A DNA stretch of 64,000 nucleotides. It comes from Octopus vulgaris (taxonomy: Eukaryota). The notes beneath the pieces are model-generated. The model saw only the letters and a list, made by a program, of their open reading frames with translations. It made no database searches and had not been told where the DNA came from. A program made the position numbers and the translations under genes. The number at the start of each line of letters is the position of its first letter. Positions within the stretch are counted from its first letter, which is position 1. Of the stretch, positions 13,392 through 26,022 are shown piece after piece. The stretch is taken from the NCBI GenBank assembly GCA_951406725.2, contig OX597823.1, forward strand, positions 82,398,001 to 82,462,000, in the 5' to 3' direction.

Positions 13392-13792
13392 TGTCCCAAA
13401 CTTTGGCATCGAGAGTTACACAAATACTAAAACTAGGCGCCACTGCATAGTGCCAAGGACTCCAAATTTGCCATCAAGATATAGGACAAGATACTGAAAT
13501 AGCCTGGGCTTCAGAGGTTCACAGCTTTTCAATATCCTCCCGAAGGACCAGAGAGACCTGAATGGGGTGGATGTAGGTGTCTTCAAAATAAAGCTGGATC
13601 TCTTACTGTCAAGTGTCTCAGGTGAGCCAACTTCGCATCAGGGGGTGCAGATGAGGGCAGCGGCATCAAACTCCCTCATGCACCAAATGTCAATTCCTAG
13701 AAAGGGTTCGTGATGTAAAATTATGTAGTAACACCAAATGGCGGTGCTCTAGCATGGCCACAGTTCCTGAGTTGAAACTAGATATAAAAATA
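13392..13792 (+). pseudogene. 3' end of a CR1-group LINE (ORF2 C-terminus and 3' UTR)
   Basis: VPNFGI..RY*NSLGFRGSQLFNILPKDQRDLNGVDVGVFKIKLDLLLSSVSGEP..RAAASNSLMHQ; typical CR1/L2-group C-terminal pattern with an internal stop. Confidence 0.8.
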
Positions 13793-14544
13793 TATATATT
13801 TATATGTATATATATATTTTTGTATGTATGTATGTGTGTGTACATATGACTTAGTACAACGTCATCTTAATACAACGAAAAATAATAATGATAAGCATCG
13901 CCATATTGTGATGTCATAATTCATGAAGAGTTTAAATTTCAAACTAGTAACACATTCAGAAAGATAAAAATATTTTTTTTTCTTTTACGAAAAATCCAAT
14001 AGTTTTGTGAATCTTGTCAGTTTTACATGTTTAACAAACAATAAATTTGTAAATTCAATGAAAGCTATGTTTTAAATTCTTAATAATTTTGTTATGTAAA
14101 AGTTTGTGTAAGCGTTTTTGTATTTTGACTACGCAGAATGACATTTAGTATAAACAAAATAGGAAATCAATTGTTTATGTAAACAATAAAGGACAGAATA
14201 ATCACGATATGGAAAAGAGAAACTGCTTCGCTTATAAAAACATTGATTTGGTTCCAGTCCAAGGCTGTTTGAAACATTTTTTGTGAATTGAGAACACGAT
14301 AGACCCCACCCCGGGAGGATGTTCAACTTGCTAAAAGTAGTTACCAAAATTTCCCCAAATCGCTACTAACCGTGTTAAGGGAAACGTAATGAGACAACGT
14401 GCTCCTACTTTTCCTTAATACAACGTGGTATTTATGCTCGAATAGCCTAGGTCTGCGTAAACCGGGATATCATGAAGCTGAGCAGCAATCATATTTTCAT
14501 TCATCTGAATATTTACGTAAAACAATAATGCTATTGAATGGTTG

Positions 14545-14800
14545 TATACTGTCAATCTAACAAGAACGTGACAGTAGGGTGTACACCACCGTTGTATAGC
14601 CCTAGGAGGCATCGAACGCCTCCTGACAGCTTCGACACATTTTTCCCTGTGTCCTTATATACATATATGAAGGGGAGACAAACACCCCCGGCCGTCGGAA
14701 CTGCATCTAGGGACACCGTGTTTCAGGATCATTGTCCTTCATCGGCCTAGAGTAGCAGACACCGGTCGGCTGGTGATATTTGCCTCAACTTCATAATTGT
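14545..14800 (-). mobile_element. Hammerhead-bearing short element related to 57250-57803
   Basis: Shares TAGCCC.AGGAG..TCGA and GACACA..TT.C.TGTG.CC blocks and the ribozyme layout with the 57.3 kb element; boundaries approximate. Confidence 0.6.
14706..14751 (-). ncRNA. Type I hammerhead ribozyme motif (U4C)
   Basis: ucuagg-CCGAUGA-agga caauga uccu-GAAA-cacggug-UC/ccuaga; perfect 6-bp helix I, 4-bp helix II, near-palindromic helix III, GUC site. Confidence 0.8.
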
Positions 14801-15131
14801 ATATATGTATACTCAGTGAAGTTTATTCACTGATTATCAAAATAAGAAATATTGAATTTCTAAATAATGCTTTTTCAGACATAGAAATACTGACATTTAA
14901 GCTTTGAACATTTAACTTCATATCCTTCTAAGTTTAATGGTTTAAAGTTTAAACCAAAGTAAAGTTGAATAAAATTAAATTCAGTTACTAAATTCAATGG
15001 TATGTAGTATCGAGTTCCGTATGGAATATCTTTTATTCGCGGTTCCTTTTCTTTTTGCGATAGCCGGAGTGATTTCGCGCACTCACGACTTTACTTGAAT
15101 TATGAAGGTACGTACACACACGCGCGCGCGC

Positions 15132-15178
<47 letters not shown>

Positions 15179-15302
15179 TGTGTGTGTGTGATTGTGCATG
15201 CGCGCATTTATTAATGGAAAGTTAAAGTAAATACCATAGAGAATTTGCTGTTTATGTTATTATAAATCAGTGTCGTTTACCTTGTGCAGTTCATGATTAA
15301 CA

Positions 15303-15498
15303 CAGGCATAGGAGTGGCTGTGTGGTAAGTAGCTTGGTTAGCAACCACATGGTACTGGGTTCAGTCTCACTGCGTGTCACATTGGACAAGTCTCTTCTAC
15401 TATAGCCTCGGGCCGACCAAAGCCTTGTGAGTGGATTTGGTAGACGGAAACTGCAAGAAGCCCGTCGTATATATGTATATATGTATATATATATATAC

Positions 15499-15544
<46 letters not shown>

Positions 15545-15758
15545 ATGTGTGTATGCCTATGTTTGTCGCCCCAACATCGTTTGACAACCGATGCTGGTGT
15601 ATTTACGTCCCCGTAACTTAGCGGTTCAGCAAAACAGACCGATTGAATAAATACTAGGCTTACAAAGAATAAGTCCTGGTGTCGATTTGCTCGACTAATG
15701 GCGGTGCTCCAACATGGCCGCAGTCAGATGACTGAAACAAGTAAAGGAGTAAAAGAGA
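15303..15758 (+). mobile_element. SINE family B, full length
   Basis: Same head, CORE-like segment, internal microsatellite and tail as 12408 and 37554. Confidence 0.9.
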
Positions 15759-15939
15759 CTCAGCTGGAAAGATGGTACATAAACGTATTTATCCTCTACT
15801 TGAATTGAATGTCTCTTGTTTCAAAAATTTGCTAGCTCTGACTTAAGTTTCAAGAATTGATCTTGCTTTCTACGTACGTATATGGTTCCTGTACGTATTA
15901 TCTGCATCTGTAAATACGGTCCTACGTTACATACTCACG

Positions 15940-16311
<372 letters not shown>

Positions 16312-16517
16312 AGTGTATGCTTGTATGTGTTTTTGAGTTTTCGAGTCACTCAAGAGTACTACTTGTAACTTGTGACCCACGTCTTGTTGCATAGACGGCT
16401 GAACTGGACCCCTCCTCCGCCCCAAGTCAGCTTGATGAAAAAAAAAGAATCCTCTCAAAAGTCATATGAATTCAGGATAGTGTGTTGATGGCCATCCGCT
16501 TATATATATATATGTAC

Positions 16518-16564
<47 letters not shown>

Positions 16565-17039
16565 TAAAATGTCTGGTAAGAGTTTCGTTTTAGCGGATCG
16601 CCCAGTCAAGCACATCCATTAATGGGATAAATATCACCCGACAGTAAGGCGATATCTAACAATATCGACGTGGTGTGCGCACAGAGTAAGATGAAACACA
16701 CAGATCACACTAGTCATTTCGTAACATTCCTGATATATTTCAAAGTCTCTTGGCCGCCTCGAGGACGTGTTGCCGCTCATCCGCCACAGTACTCCCTCAC
16801 TATGAACCTAGTTAAGTGCAAGTCTATATTACAAAATGACGGCATACGTTCGTTGCGGAAGTTGCGGTAACACATACGCTACTGCGACAACGAAATGCCG
16901 CCACTTCCGTAGTTTTAACTCATGCGAGATACTATAGGTGAGAAAAGTTATCATGTATTGGTTTATGTCATTACTGTGCTGAATAGGAAATACAGATTTG
17001 GTTCCCATTGGAAAGGACAGGCAATAGAAACAATAGCAT

Positions 17040-17090
17040 GCACACACGAACACACCGGTACAACACACAGCCACATACAGACACACACAG

Positions 17091-17129
<39 letters not shown>

Positions 17130-17692
17130 CACACAGGTACCGCACAGACATACATACACAAACACACAGTAACAACACGCAGAGACACACACAGGCACAA
17201 CACACAGACATACACACGCACAAACACACAGGTACAACACACAGACATACACACACGCAACGGTACATCACACAGCCATACACATACACAGGTAAACACA
17301 CAGACAAACACACACAGGTATAACACAGACATACACGCGCACACACACAAACATAAATGTACAACACACAGAGACACACACACATGTACAACACACAGAT
17401 ACACACAAACACACACAGATACACACAAACACACACAGATGCAACACAGACATACACACGCACAAACTCACACATGCAGAACACACAGACATACACATAC
17501 GCACACAGGTACAACACGCAGACAAAACACGCATACATATACAAATACACAGGTACAGCACACACACACACACACTCACAAACACACAGGTACAACACAC
17601 TGAGATACGCACACACCAACACACAGACATACACACAAACATACAGGTACAACACACACACACACTGACACACATGTACAACGCGCACACAG
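17040..17692. repeat. Degenerate CA-rich minisatellite, recurring unit like ACACAGGTACAACACACAGACATACACAC
   Basis: GGTACAACAC/AGACATACAC motifs recur roughly every 30-45 bp in a (CA)n background. Confidence 0.8.
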
Positions 17693-17773
17693 ACGTTTGG
17701 ATATTTGAACATTAGAGTAAATTTAGTTGACAAAAGTTGTGTGATAGCCCATCGTATCCATCCATCCATCCAT

Positions 17774-17804
<31 letters not shown>

Positions 17805-17859
17805 TACATACCTAAATACATACATACATACATACATACATACATACATACATACATAA

Positions 17860-18266
17860 AAAGGAATACTGGTGGAATGTACCAGTGAAGAGCTCAATAA
17901 AATGTAAGCACAGCAGGCCTAATATAATAATTTGGGATAGAGAATAGAAACTGTGTACAGTTGTGGAAATTAGCTGCTCATAAACCTGAAGACCAGTGAA
18001 AAAGAGAACACCTATGCTTAACTATTAAAAAATCTGCTGTTACTCTATCCAGATTAACAGTTCAGGTTTATACTTATAATTATTGGGGCCCTGGGATATG
18101 TAACACACTGCCTAAACATCAATTTCAAGAAATGAGGCTTCTCAAAACCAGAAAGGAGAAAGCTAATTCGAAGACTACAGATCCAATCCATCACTGGAAC
18201 TGTAAAAATCTGTAAAACTTTCCAAAAGTTTATCATTTAAATATATATGAGCATGTCTTGATATGC

Positions 18267-18327
<61 letters not shown>

Positions 18328-18530
18328 TATGAGAATATATACATAAAACATACAAATCTATACATACATATATACATACATACATACATACATACATACA
18401 TACATACATACATACAAAAATACACTGTTGTTGATGTTCACATTCCTGTGAAGGAATTTTGGATCTAGGTTAGAAATCGGTTCCTTCTCTATTGGCAAGA
18501 AATCTTGAAATAAACTGAATAATGACATAC
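17860..18530 (+). pseudogene. 3' fragment of an R4/Dong-like RLE non-LTR retrotransposon in (CATA)n
   Basis: YWWNVPVK..KHSRPNIIIWDRE*KLCTVVEISC..EKENTY..RFILIIIGALGYV..LQIQSITGTVKICKTF*, then a 3' UTR ending AATAAACTGAATAATG; (CATA)n on both flanks. Confidence 0.8.
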
Positions 18531-19304
18531 ATAATACTTGCATACATACCTATGTACACAACCACAAACTTATAGATCACATACACACACTCATATATAT
18601 ATATTTGTGTGTGTGTGTGTGTGTGTATTCAAGAGTTATTGCTCCCTCATCAGGACGACATCCAAACCATTAACTATCCACGAATACGTTGCTTAAATCG
18701 CGACTAAAGTCTAGCGAAGTAACACTGTTGGATAAACCAATTTCCAGATTGAATACATTCCAGGTAAGTGTTAGGTTCATATTGAATGCTGGTAGAGACA
18801 CAGTATTTACTTATAAACCTTTAATATACCTGATAATGTATTATGGTTCTAAAACTACATATCATGTCCCCTCCAGTTATTAATTACTTCAATATGTATT
18901 ACAACATAGAAATATATAACATGAAGTAACGCAAGCATATTACAATGATCTTTATTTCAAAAATCCAGATTACGTGTCATGAAATTCGATTACTAAGAAT
19001 AGGTTCAACGAATCCATATAGATGTATGTATTAATGTCTTGTGGGGCATATACGTATGAATATATTTCCATCTGTTTCTCGCGTACATAACCAATATTTT
19101 GGCTGTCTTTCAATCTGTATGTAGGAACGAATGATTATCGTTATATATTTTATGTGTGCGCGTAATGACAATGCATTTATGTTTAAATCTGTTCTCCGTT
19201 TATGTCTGTATAGTCAAGAAAATAGTTGTAGACGCATGTAATTAGTTGTGGCTTCTTCAAATCAGTCTGTGCTACTGTGTCTCTTAGTCTGGTTATTTAG
19301 GAGT

Positions 19305-19740
19305 ATGTATGTATGTATGTAAGTATGCACGTACTGTGTCTTTTAATCTGGTTATTTAGGAGTGTGTATGTATGTCTGTATGTACGCATGCATATATGTA
19401 TGTAAATGCAAGTATGTATGTATGAATGTATGTACGTGTGTATGTATGTGTGTATATATTTATATGTATATATGATTGTATATATGTACGTATGTGTATG
19501 CATGTATATCTGTATGTATTTATGCGAGTGTGCATGCATGCATATATCTATCTATGTTTTTATGTATGCATGTATGCATATACGTATGTATGCATGTATA
19601 TACGTATGTATGTACGCATGTATATATGTATCTATGTATGCATGTATGCATGTATGTATGCATGTATATGCATGCATGTATTTATGCATGTATGTGTGTT
19701 TATATGTATGTGTATGTATATATATATATATATATATATA
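19305..19740. repeat. Degenerate (TATG/CATG)n and (TA)n microsatellite
   Basis: Read directly. Confidence 0.9.
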
Positions 19741-20498
19741 CTAAGCAATAAAGGGTTTAGCAACGAATTGCCTTACCACAGACCGAATTTAGAAATAGCA
19801 GTCAAAGAGTTATAGCTATTTCTTCTACTAAAAAGGAGATCTCAGTAAAAAACACAGCAATTGGAAGGCAGACACAAACAGGTAAGAGAGAATGAATTGA
19901 CGGCAATCTATCATACAATTTTAAGTTATCTACGGACGCACGTTTCGAAATCAAGTTATTAGGAAAGCATAAGAATTAAATATTAAATATTAAATAATTC
20001 TACGTTACCCAAACTTCTTTTCTCTTCAGCGTAGAATACTATAATCATAAATGATTATATATTGAATTTTGAGATACTAGAAGGCACCAACTCAACTCAG
20101 TATCAGAGCGAGCTAGAATCCGCAACTAGTATCACCAAACTCAAAGTGTGAATGAAAGGATTGTGTCACCAGCCCCTTCCCACCCGCGTGTAGCCAAAAC
20201 AAGATGCTATCTATGGTCATCTACTGAGATAAAATATGGTTATCCGTAATAATGAAGGGTGAAATTAATTAATTTGGAATAATTATCAATTACACCAAGT
20301 AGTCTTCGGCATGTAAAAGCCTCATTCGAGGAAATTTTAAGTAATACTAAGCAATAAAGGGTTTAGCAACGAATTGCCTTACCACAGACCGAATTTAGAA
20401 ATAGCAGTCAAAGAGTTATAGCTATTTCTTCTACTAAAAAGGGAGATCTCAAAGACTACTTGGTGTAATTGATAATTATTCCAAATTAATTAATTTCA
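19739..20498 (-). mobile_element. Non-coding Penelope-like/retrozyme-like element: 606-bp unit, ~106-bp terminal redundancy, 47-bp inverted end
   Basis: Direct repeats 19739-19844 and 20345-20451; inverted repeat 20260-20306 vs 20452-20498; (TA)n on both flanks; hammerhead inside. Confidence 0.85.
19929..20035 (-). ncRNA. Type I hammerhead ribozyme, canonical core, long helix II
   Basis: ucuacg-CUGAAGA-gaaa..(~68 nt stem-loop)..uuuc-GAAA-cgugcg-UC/cguaga; predicted cleavage between 19935 and 19934. Confidence 0.85.
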
Positions 20499-20523
20499 TT
20501 ATATATATATATATATATATATA

Positions 20524-20843
20524 GTGTAATAAATAAAATATATGCATACATACATACATATATGTACGTACCTACATCTACATGTATATATACATGCATA
20601 TATAAATATATATACGTGAGCACAGGACACCACAAATAGACGTAGAACTCAACGAGAAATGAAAACGTAAAAAACAAACGTGGAAACGGACCTAAACGAA
20701 AAAAACAGAGTACAAGACAAACTACACAAGGAAAAATCCCCTTCATCAGCTGTCCCTAGTTCAACACCAGCGTGTTTCGAAGGTTGGACAGAACACGACT
20801 CGTGGAACTAGTCCCTCTTGCGAAGGAATTAAATAAAATTACT
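20524..20843 (-). mobile_element. (TA)n-anchored short repeat, probable Penelope-like terminus (family X)
   Basis: Homologous to 38739-39020 (ATATGCATACATAC..GTACGTACCTACATCTACATG..CAGGACA.CACAA..TCATCAGCTGTC..TGTTTCGAAGG). Confidence 0.6.
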
Positions 20844-20857
20844 TATATATATATATA

Positions 20858-21965
20858 GTGAGAATTTACAAAAAGCAAAAGACGAAGACGGGTGTGTGTA
20901 ATCAACAAACAGGTATATTAATTTAGCACTCGGGAAATGAGAAAGTCTTTTACGTTTTGAGCCTTCACTCTTCGACAGAAAGGAACACAAAAATAACAGG
21001 GAGAGAAAATAGAAAAGGGTTTAGTGGCTAGCGACCTATCATGGCGAATGCCGGACAGAGGAGTCACACAGGAGAGCTAGGAAGAAGGGGAGATAATAAA
21101 GTAGAGGTGATCCTAAAAGGAAGGTGCGCGTGCAAGTGTATGTGAGAGCGTGTAAGTGCGTGTGGAAGGGGGCTGGTGATATTGACGTGTGTGTGAGTGC
21201 ACGTGTAGATGTGTGGACGATGGTGTAGGTGCTGGGAATTGGTCAGTGCTAGTGTGCGCTGGTGTGAGTACTGGGAAGTGATCAGTGCTACTGTGTTCGG
21301 GATGGTGTGATGTAGTGTGTCGGGGTATGGTAGTGTGTGGTGTGGTGGTGGGTGGTGTGGTGGTGGATGGTGTGATGGTGGTGGGATGTGGATGTGTGGG
21401 GAAAGCAAGGGTGGGGTGTAAAGGATGCGGTGGGGTGGGATGGGATGTATAGGGATGGTGGGGTTGGAATGTGTAGGGGTGGGGTTACGATGAAGGGAGA
21501 GGCTGGAAGGGAGAAGGTGTGTAGGAGCGAAGAGAGGAAGTAGGTACCAGAGCAAGAGAGGAGAGGTCGATGGGAGGAAGTTAGTGTGAGAGGAAGAGAG
21601 GAGGAGGGTTATATGAAGAGGAGAGGAGAGTTGAGCCCATGTGACGCAAAAGAGAGAAGCGAGAAGATTAATTCCTGCTCACGGCGAAGACATGAGTCCG
21701 GATGCCCCTGTGTAAGGACAGTCCGAACACAGACACGTGTTGTAAAGAATGACCGGTAGATCGGGTTGTCGTTGCCGAGTCGGAGATGTTCCGCGAACCA
21801 GTCAGCCAAGCGGCGCACCGTTTGACCGATGTATAGAGAAGGACAGAGAGAGCAGGAGATGCAGTAGATGACGTTGCCAGAAGTGCAGGTGAAGGAGTCA
21901 GTGATATGACAGGGTCGATGATAGTTGCCTGTGAGGAGGGTGGTGTTGGAGAGGTAAGGACAACC
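20858..21965 (-). pseudogene. Penelope-like element 3' part: GIY-YIG endonuclease remnant, low-complexity 3' UTR and terminus in (TA)n
   Basis: CPYLSNTT..ITDSFTCTSGNVIYCISCSLCPSLYIGQTVRRLADWFAEHLR..RREQELIFSLLSFASHGLN at 21965-21609; degenerate hammerhead at 20944-20983. Confidence 0.9.
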
Positions 21966-22093
21966 ACACCTCTATCATCATTGCAATCGGACATGTCGAG
22001 TCCACATTGACCTCATTAGTCACGAACGAGAGTGCAGACGACGTGGACAACAGCCTTCCTAATCTTTGTCAGCGAAGCGAAGCCAAGATAAGA
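21964..22093 (+). pseudogene. Extreme 3' end of an RTE-clade LINE
   Basis: HCNRTCRVHIDLISHERECRRR* resembles the terminal Cys/His motif of RTE ORFs; followed by the short tail TCTTTGTCAGCGAAGCGAAGCCAAGA. Confidence 0.6.
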
Positions 22094-22868
22094 GTGTATA
22101 CATGTGTGTATGTGTATGTATGTATGTGTATATGTATGTATGTATGTGTATATGTATGTGTATGTATGCATGTGTATATGTATGTATGCGTGTATGAATG
22201 TGTATGCATTATATATGTATATACACATACATCTTTTTTGTTTATGTATGTAGGTATTTGTGCGGGTTAGTAGGTTCATATGCCATGTTATTATGTAGTG
22301 GATACATACAAGTAAGAATGAAATATATGTAAAGTATTATTAAGGAATCCATGCATTCAGGTATATACGTAATATGCATACACTTACATACAGGTGTCTA
22401 AACGCTTGTATAGATGCATTTGTAATCATGTTTCGATGCATGTATGTTTGGCTACACGTACACATATGTATATTTATATGTGTGTATGTGTGTGTGGGGG
22501 GGGGTGTCCGTCCCTAATTAATGCTTTATAGATTTTAATTGGCCCCTTACTCTGTCGGAGGTTTTAAAGAAAAGAGACTTGTCTCCTTCGCTATTCTTCA
22601 TACAGCAACTCGTCTCTTCAATCATAAAATGAGTTTGAAAATTTCCTATTGTCCCGGCTAGCGCAATATTCTGAAGTGTATCTGAATTATGGAACTTCAT
22701 TCTTTCTCCGCCGAATTCAAGTTCAGCCATCTTTTACTCTGTGTGGTTTGCTACAAATGTTGCTCAAATAGTAATAATTATAAAGTTGAATGTCTAATTT
22801 GGGCACTGGAATTCTATGCTGCTCATCAATAGAATGGCGCAGAGATAACTTCTGCTATATGTGTATGC

Positions 22869-23180
22869 GTGGAGGCGCAATGGCCCAGTAGTTAGGGCAG
22901 CGGACTCGCGGTCGTAGGATCGCAGTTTCGATTCCCAGACCGGGCTTGTGAGTGTTTATTGAGCAAAAAACACCTAAAGCTCTACGAGGTTCCGGCAAGG
23001 GGTGGTGGTGATCCCTGCTGTACCCTTTCGCCACAACTTTTTCTCACTCTTTCTTCTGTTGGCCTGCTCGCTTAGCCAGCGGAGTGGTGTCATTTGAAGG
23101 CTAAAACAGTGCGAAGCGCATTGTGACCGGCAATGTGTAGCAACATCTGATAGCCTGATCGGTCACGGTGATCACGGTGA
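22869..23180 (+). mobile_element. tRNA(Arg-like)-derived SINE, head C with tail 4
   Basis: GTGGAGGCGCAATGGCCCAGTAG A-box, GTTTCGATTCC B-box; TSD ATATGTGTATG at 22857-22867 and 23180-23190. Confidence 0.88.
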
Positions 23181-23565
23181 TATGTGTATGAATGTGTTTT
23201 TTACAGATTTATTTAAATTCTTAACAACGTTCAAACTGGTCGTATCAAATCAACGGGATATTTTGAGTTAAGACATTTTCAAGGATTTAAAATTTGTGGT
23301 TGTGTTAGTGTATGCAAATATGTACGTGTATGCACCAACACTTACGTTCTGTGTGAATATGATTTTTTAATACTTTGTGGATGGGTGTCTATGTGCCTCA
23401 TTACTTTCTACCCATGTGTCTTCATCAGTACACACAACCTTGTGTGTGCATATGTTAATTTAAAGTGTCTCGGATGGAGAATCTTTGGAATGTACACACA
23501 CACACTCACACACATATAGATAGATAGAAAGACAGATATATATTTGTGTATATATCTATGTATGT

Positions 23566-24195
23566 ATAAATATGTATTTTAGAAATGAAGAAAATCTCAT
23601 GCACAGGAGAATAGCTGTTGAAATAGCTCAGGGGATTGGATAATATGCTCTTATAGACGGAAAAAATGTGGCCACTAGCTAACTCGGCGCTTCAGTGTTT
23701 GTCTATATGAATAGTCTCTCTCTTTACATGTATGTTTGTATATGTATGTACGTATATTTTCGTGTATGTATATACGGGTGGTGCTGAAAAGTTCCTGATT
23801 TTGGGTAAAAGAAAATATAGGCGGATCAGTTATGATTTTATTCAACATATTCCTCTCTCAGATTGAAACACTTATTATAGCGGCCCATCAGTTTTTCTAA
23901 GCCTTGTAAAAGAACTCGAAAGTTCGGGCCACCAATCAGGCTTTCGCGATACACGTAAAGCCAGGAACTTTTCAGCACTCCCTCATATAAATATGTATTT
24001 TAGAAAGGAAACAATTTCTCAAACACAGAAGAATAACTGTGAAGACAGCTCAAAGGATTGAGCAAAATACCCTTATTAACAGAAAAAATATGGCAACCAG
24101 CTAACTTGGGGCTTCAATGCTTGTTAAAAATGTTCTCTCTATATATATGTTTGTTTGTATATATGTGTGTACGTATGTATTCGAGTATGTACATA
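23566..24195. repeat. Old ~205-bp tandem duplication separated by a mariner MITE
   Basis: 23566-23774 aligns colinearly with 23986-24195 (AAATATGTATTTTAGAAA..AGCTCA..GGATTG..AGCTAACT.GG.GCTTCA.TG). Confidence 0.75.
23775..23985. mobile_element. Mariner-type MITE, second copy
   Basis: TA-flanked, TIR GTGCTGAAAAGTTCCTG / CAGGAACTTTTCAGCAC, internal sequence colinear with 9911-10116. Confidence 0.85.
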
Positions 24196-24974
24196 TGTAC
24201 ATTTTTACGTATTGTGCATATATTATGTAAACATGTTGAGATGTATATTTTCTCATACTTACAGACTTAGTAATTTCTTTCAGTCACTGGAGCAACAGCC
24301 ATGCGTTCAATTTAATTGCAGCTCGTCTGATGGCTTGTAAACGACATCTCCATTGCTGGCAATTATTGTATCCTGAAATCATAAGATAGAAATTTCACAA
24401 AGTAACGTACTAAGAGGTAGCTTACCTACACTTTTTTTAATGAGGTGAACACACAATATCTTTCTCAGACACAAGTTCTCAGATACTTCAAAATATATGT
24501 TTTGTACGTGAGTATATGTAAGTAAGTGTATGTATACATTATACGTGCCTCTGTAAGTATCTTAGTAATCATTGATACATAAAAATCTTAATACTGTAGA
24601 CGAAGCCAAATATAAACACAAGGAGATAAGAATAAAAAAAAACAACTGAAATACGACTATCCTATTAATTCAAGATGGCTAGCGATTGAAAAGACTTGAA
24701 ATTATTATGGGAAATACAGAGATAAATTACATTTTGCAAACTTAGACTTATGCTCAAGTCATTGTGACTTTTGTCTTTTAGTGACCAGCTTTTGATCTTT
24801 AATCTCCTCTGACACACTTCGATTATTTCAGCGAGAAGAGAAATGGGGGCCACGAGATTGACTTACCCTTTGATATACTTATACAGAAACAGATTCTTCA
24901 GTAATGTGACCGGCAACAAAGAGAAGAGGTTACGGGGAAACTTATAAATAAGCACGACAACGATACCTACTGTA

Positions 24975-25022
24975 GAAACAGTAACAACAGCAAGAACAAC
25001 AACAGATACAACAACAACAAAA

Positions 25023-25076
<54 letters not shown>

Positions 25077-25152
25077 GCTACTATTAATATTACTACTACT
25101 ACTACTAATAATAATAATAATATTACTACTACTACTACTACTACTACTACTA
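24975..25152. repeat. Compound (ACA)n/(ACT)n/(AAT)n microsatellite
   Basis: Read directly. Confidence 0.95.
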
Positions 25153-25671
25153 TGGCACCGATGATGACCGACGCCGACGATGACGGCATATAAGTCAAGT
25201 TTGATCAAGTACTAAGTTTTGATCTTCTTTCTGCTTTGATGAAAGACAAATAATCTCGCCCATTCTTCGGTAGTCTTTTGAAAAGAAATCTCGATGCTGT
25301 CTCGGCATTCCATCCACTTGATGTTACCAAAGTAAACAGGAAAAAGTATATATAATCAATTCAATCGATTATACTCCTCATCAATATATTTATAGCAGTG
25401 AACCAAGAGAGGAAATCAATACAAAGTACTTCTATCTGACCTTCATCATCGGGTATAAGAAAGTACTGGACAGACACAATGAAGTGAACCTCGATTTCTC
25501 TCACTAGTTTGCTGTTTGACATTGTTGAAATAACAGCCAAATCTTATTAAGTGATCTCATGGAGTGATACATTGGTTGATCTAGTTTTAGGCATTCTATA
25601 TTTGGATATTTGGTCATGACTGGCTGGGACACATTTGATTGGAGAAATGATCATCTGAAATAGACCCAAAA

Positions 25672-26022
25672 CAGTGTTCCTCGACCATTTTCTTTACCTC
25701 TGGATCCCTTTGATTACTACTTTATTCTGGTGAAACTCCCTAGTCATTTATACTTAAAAATTAGGTTTATAGAAACTTCTTCCCAACTTCCTGTTTTGTT
25801 TTCCACACGTTATCTTGTGTAGGGTGACCTATGTAAAATGTTAGAGAAAAAACACCCAGCTGTTTCTTGCAATACATAACAATACATACATCTGAAGCAA
25901 GACTTTTTCAGGGGCCCTAAAAATATTAATGTGGATCCCGAATTTACTGTTTTGTTGCGTGGAACCTCAAGAATCTTACGTGAACCCTCAGTGGCCATAT
26001 GGACCCCGGTTGAGAATCACTG
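25672..26022. mobile_element. hAT (Charlie-like) MITE, old
   Basis: Termini CAGTGTTCCTCGACC and GGTTGAGAATCACTG with subterminal GGACCCC-like motifs; TSD not recognisable. Confidence 0.6.

Noticed and set aside
18653-18762. Possible exon with CAG acceptor and CAG|GTAAGT donor
   Set aside because: Stops in all three frames and a weak acceptor; a non-coding exon cannot be excluded but is unsupported.
22869-22945. tRNA-like sequences at SINE heads
   Set aside because: A and B boxes are present, but there is no complete cloverleaf and each continues into a SINE body.
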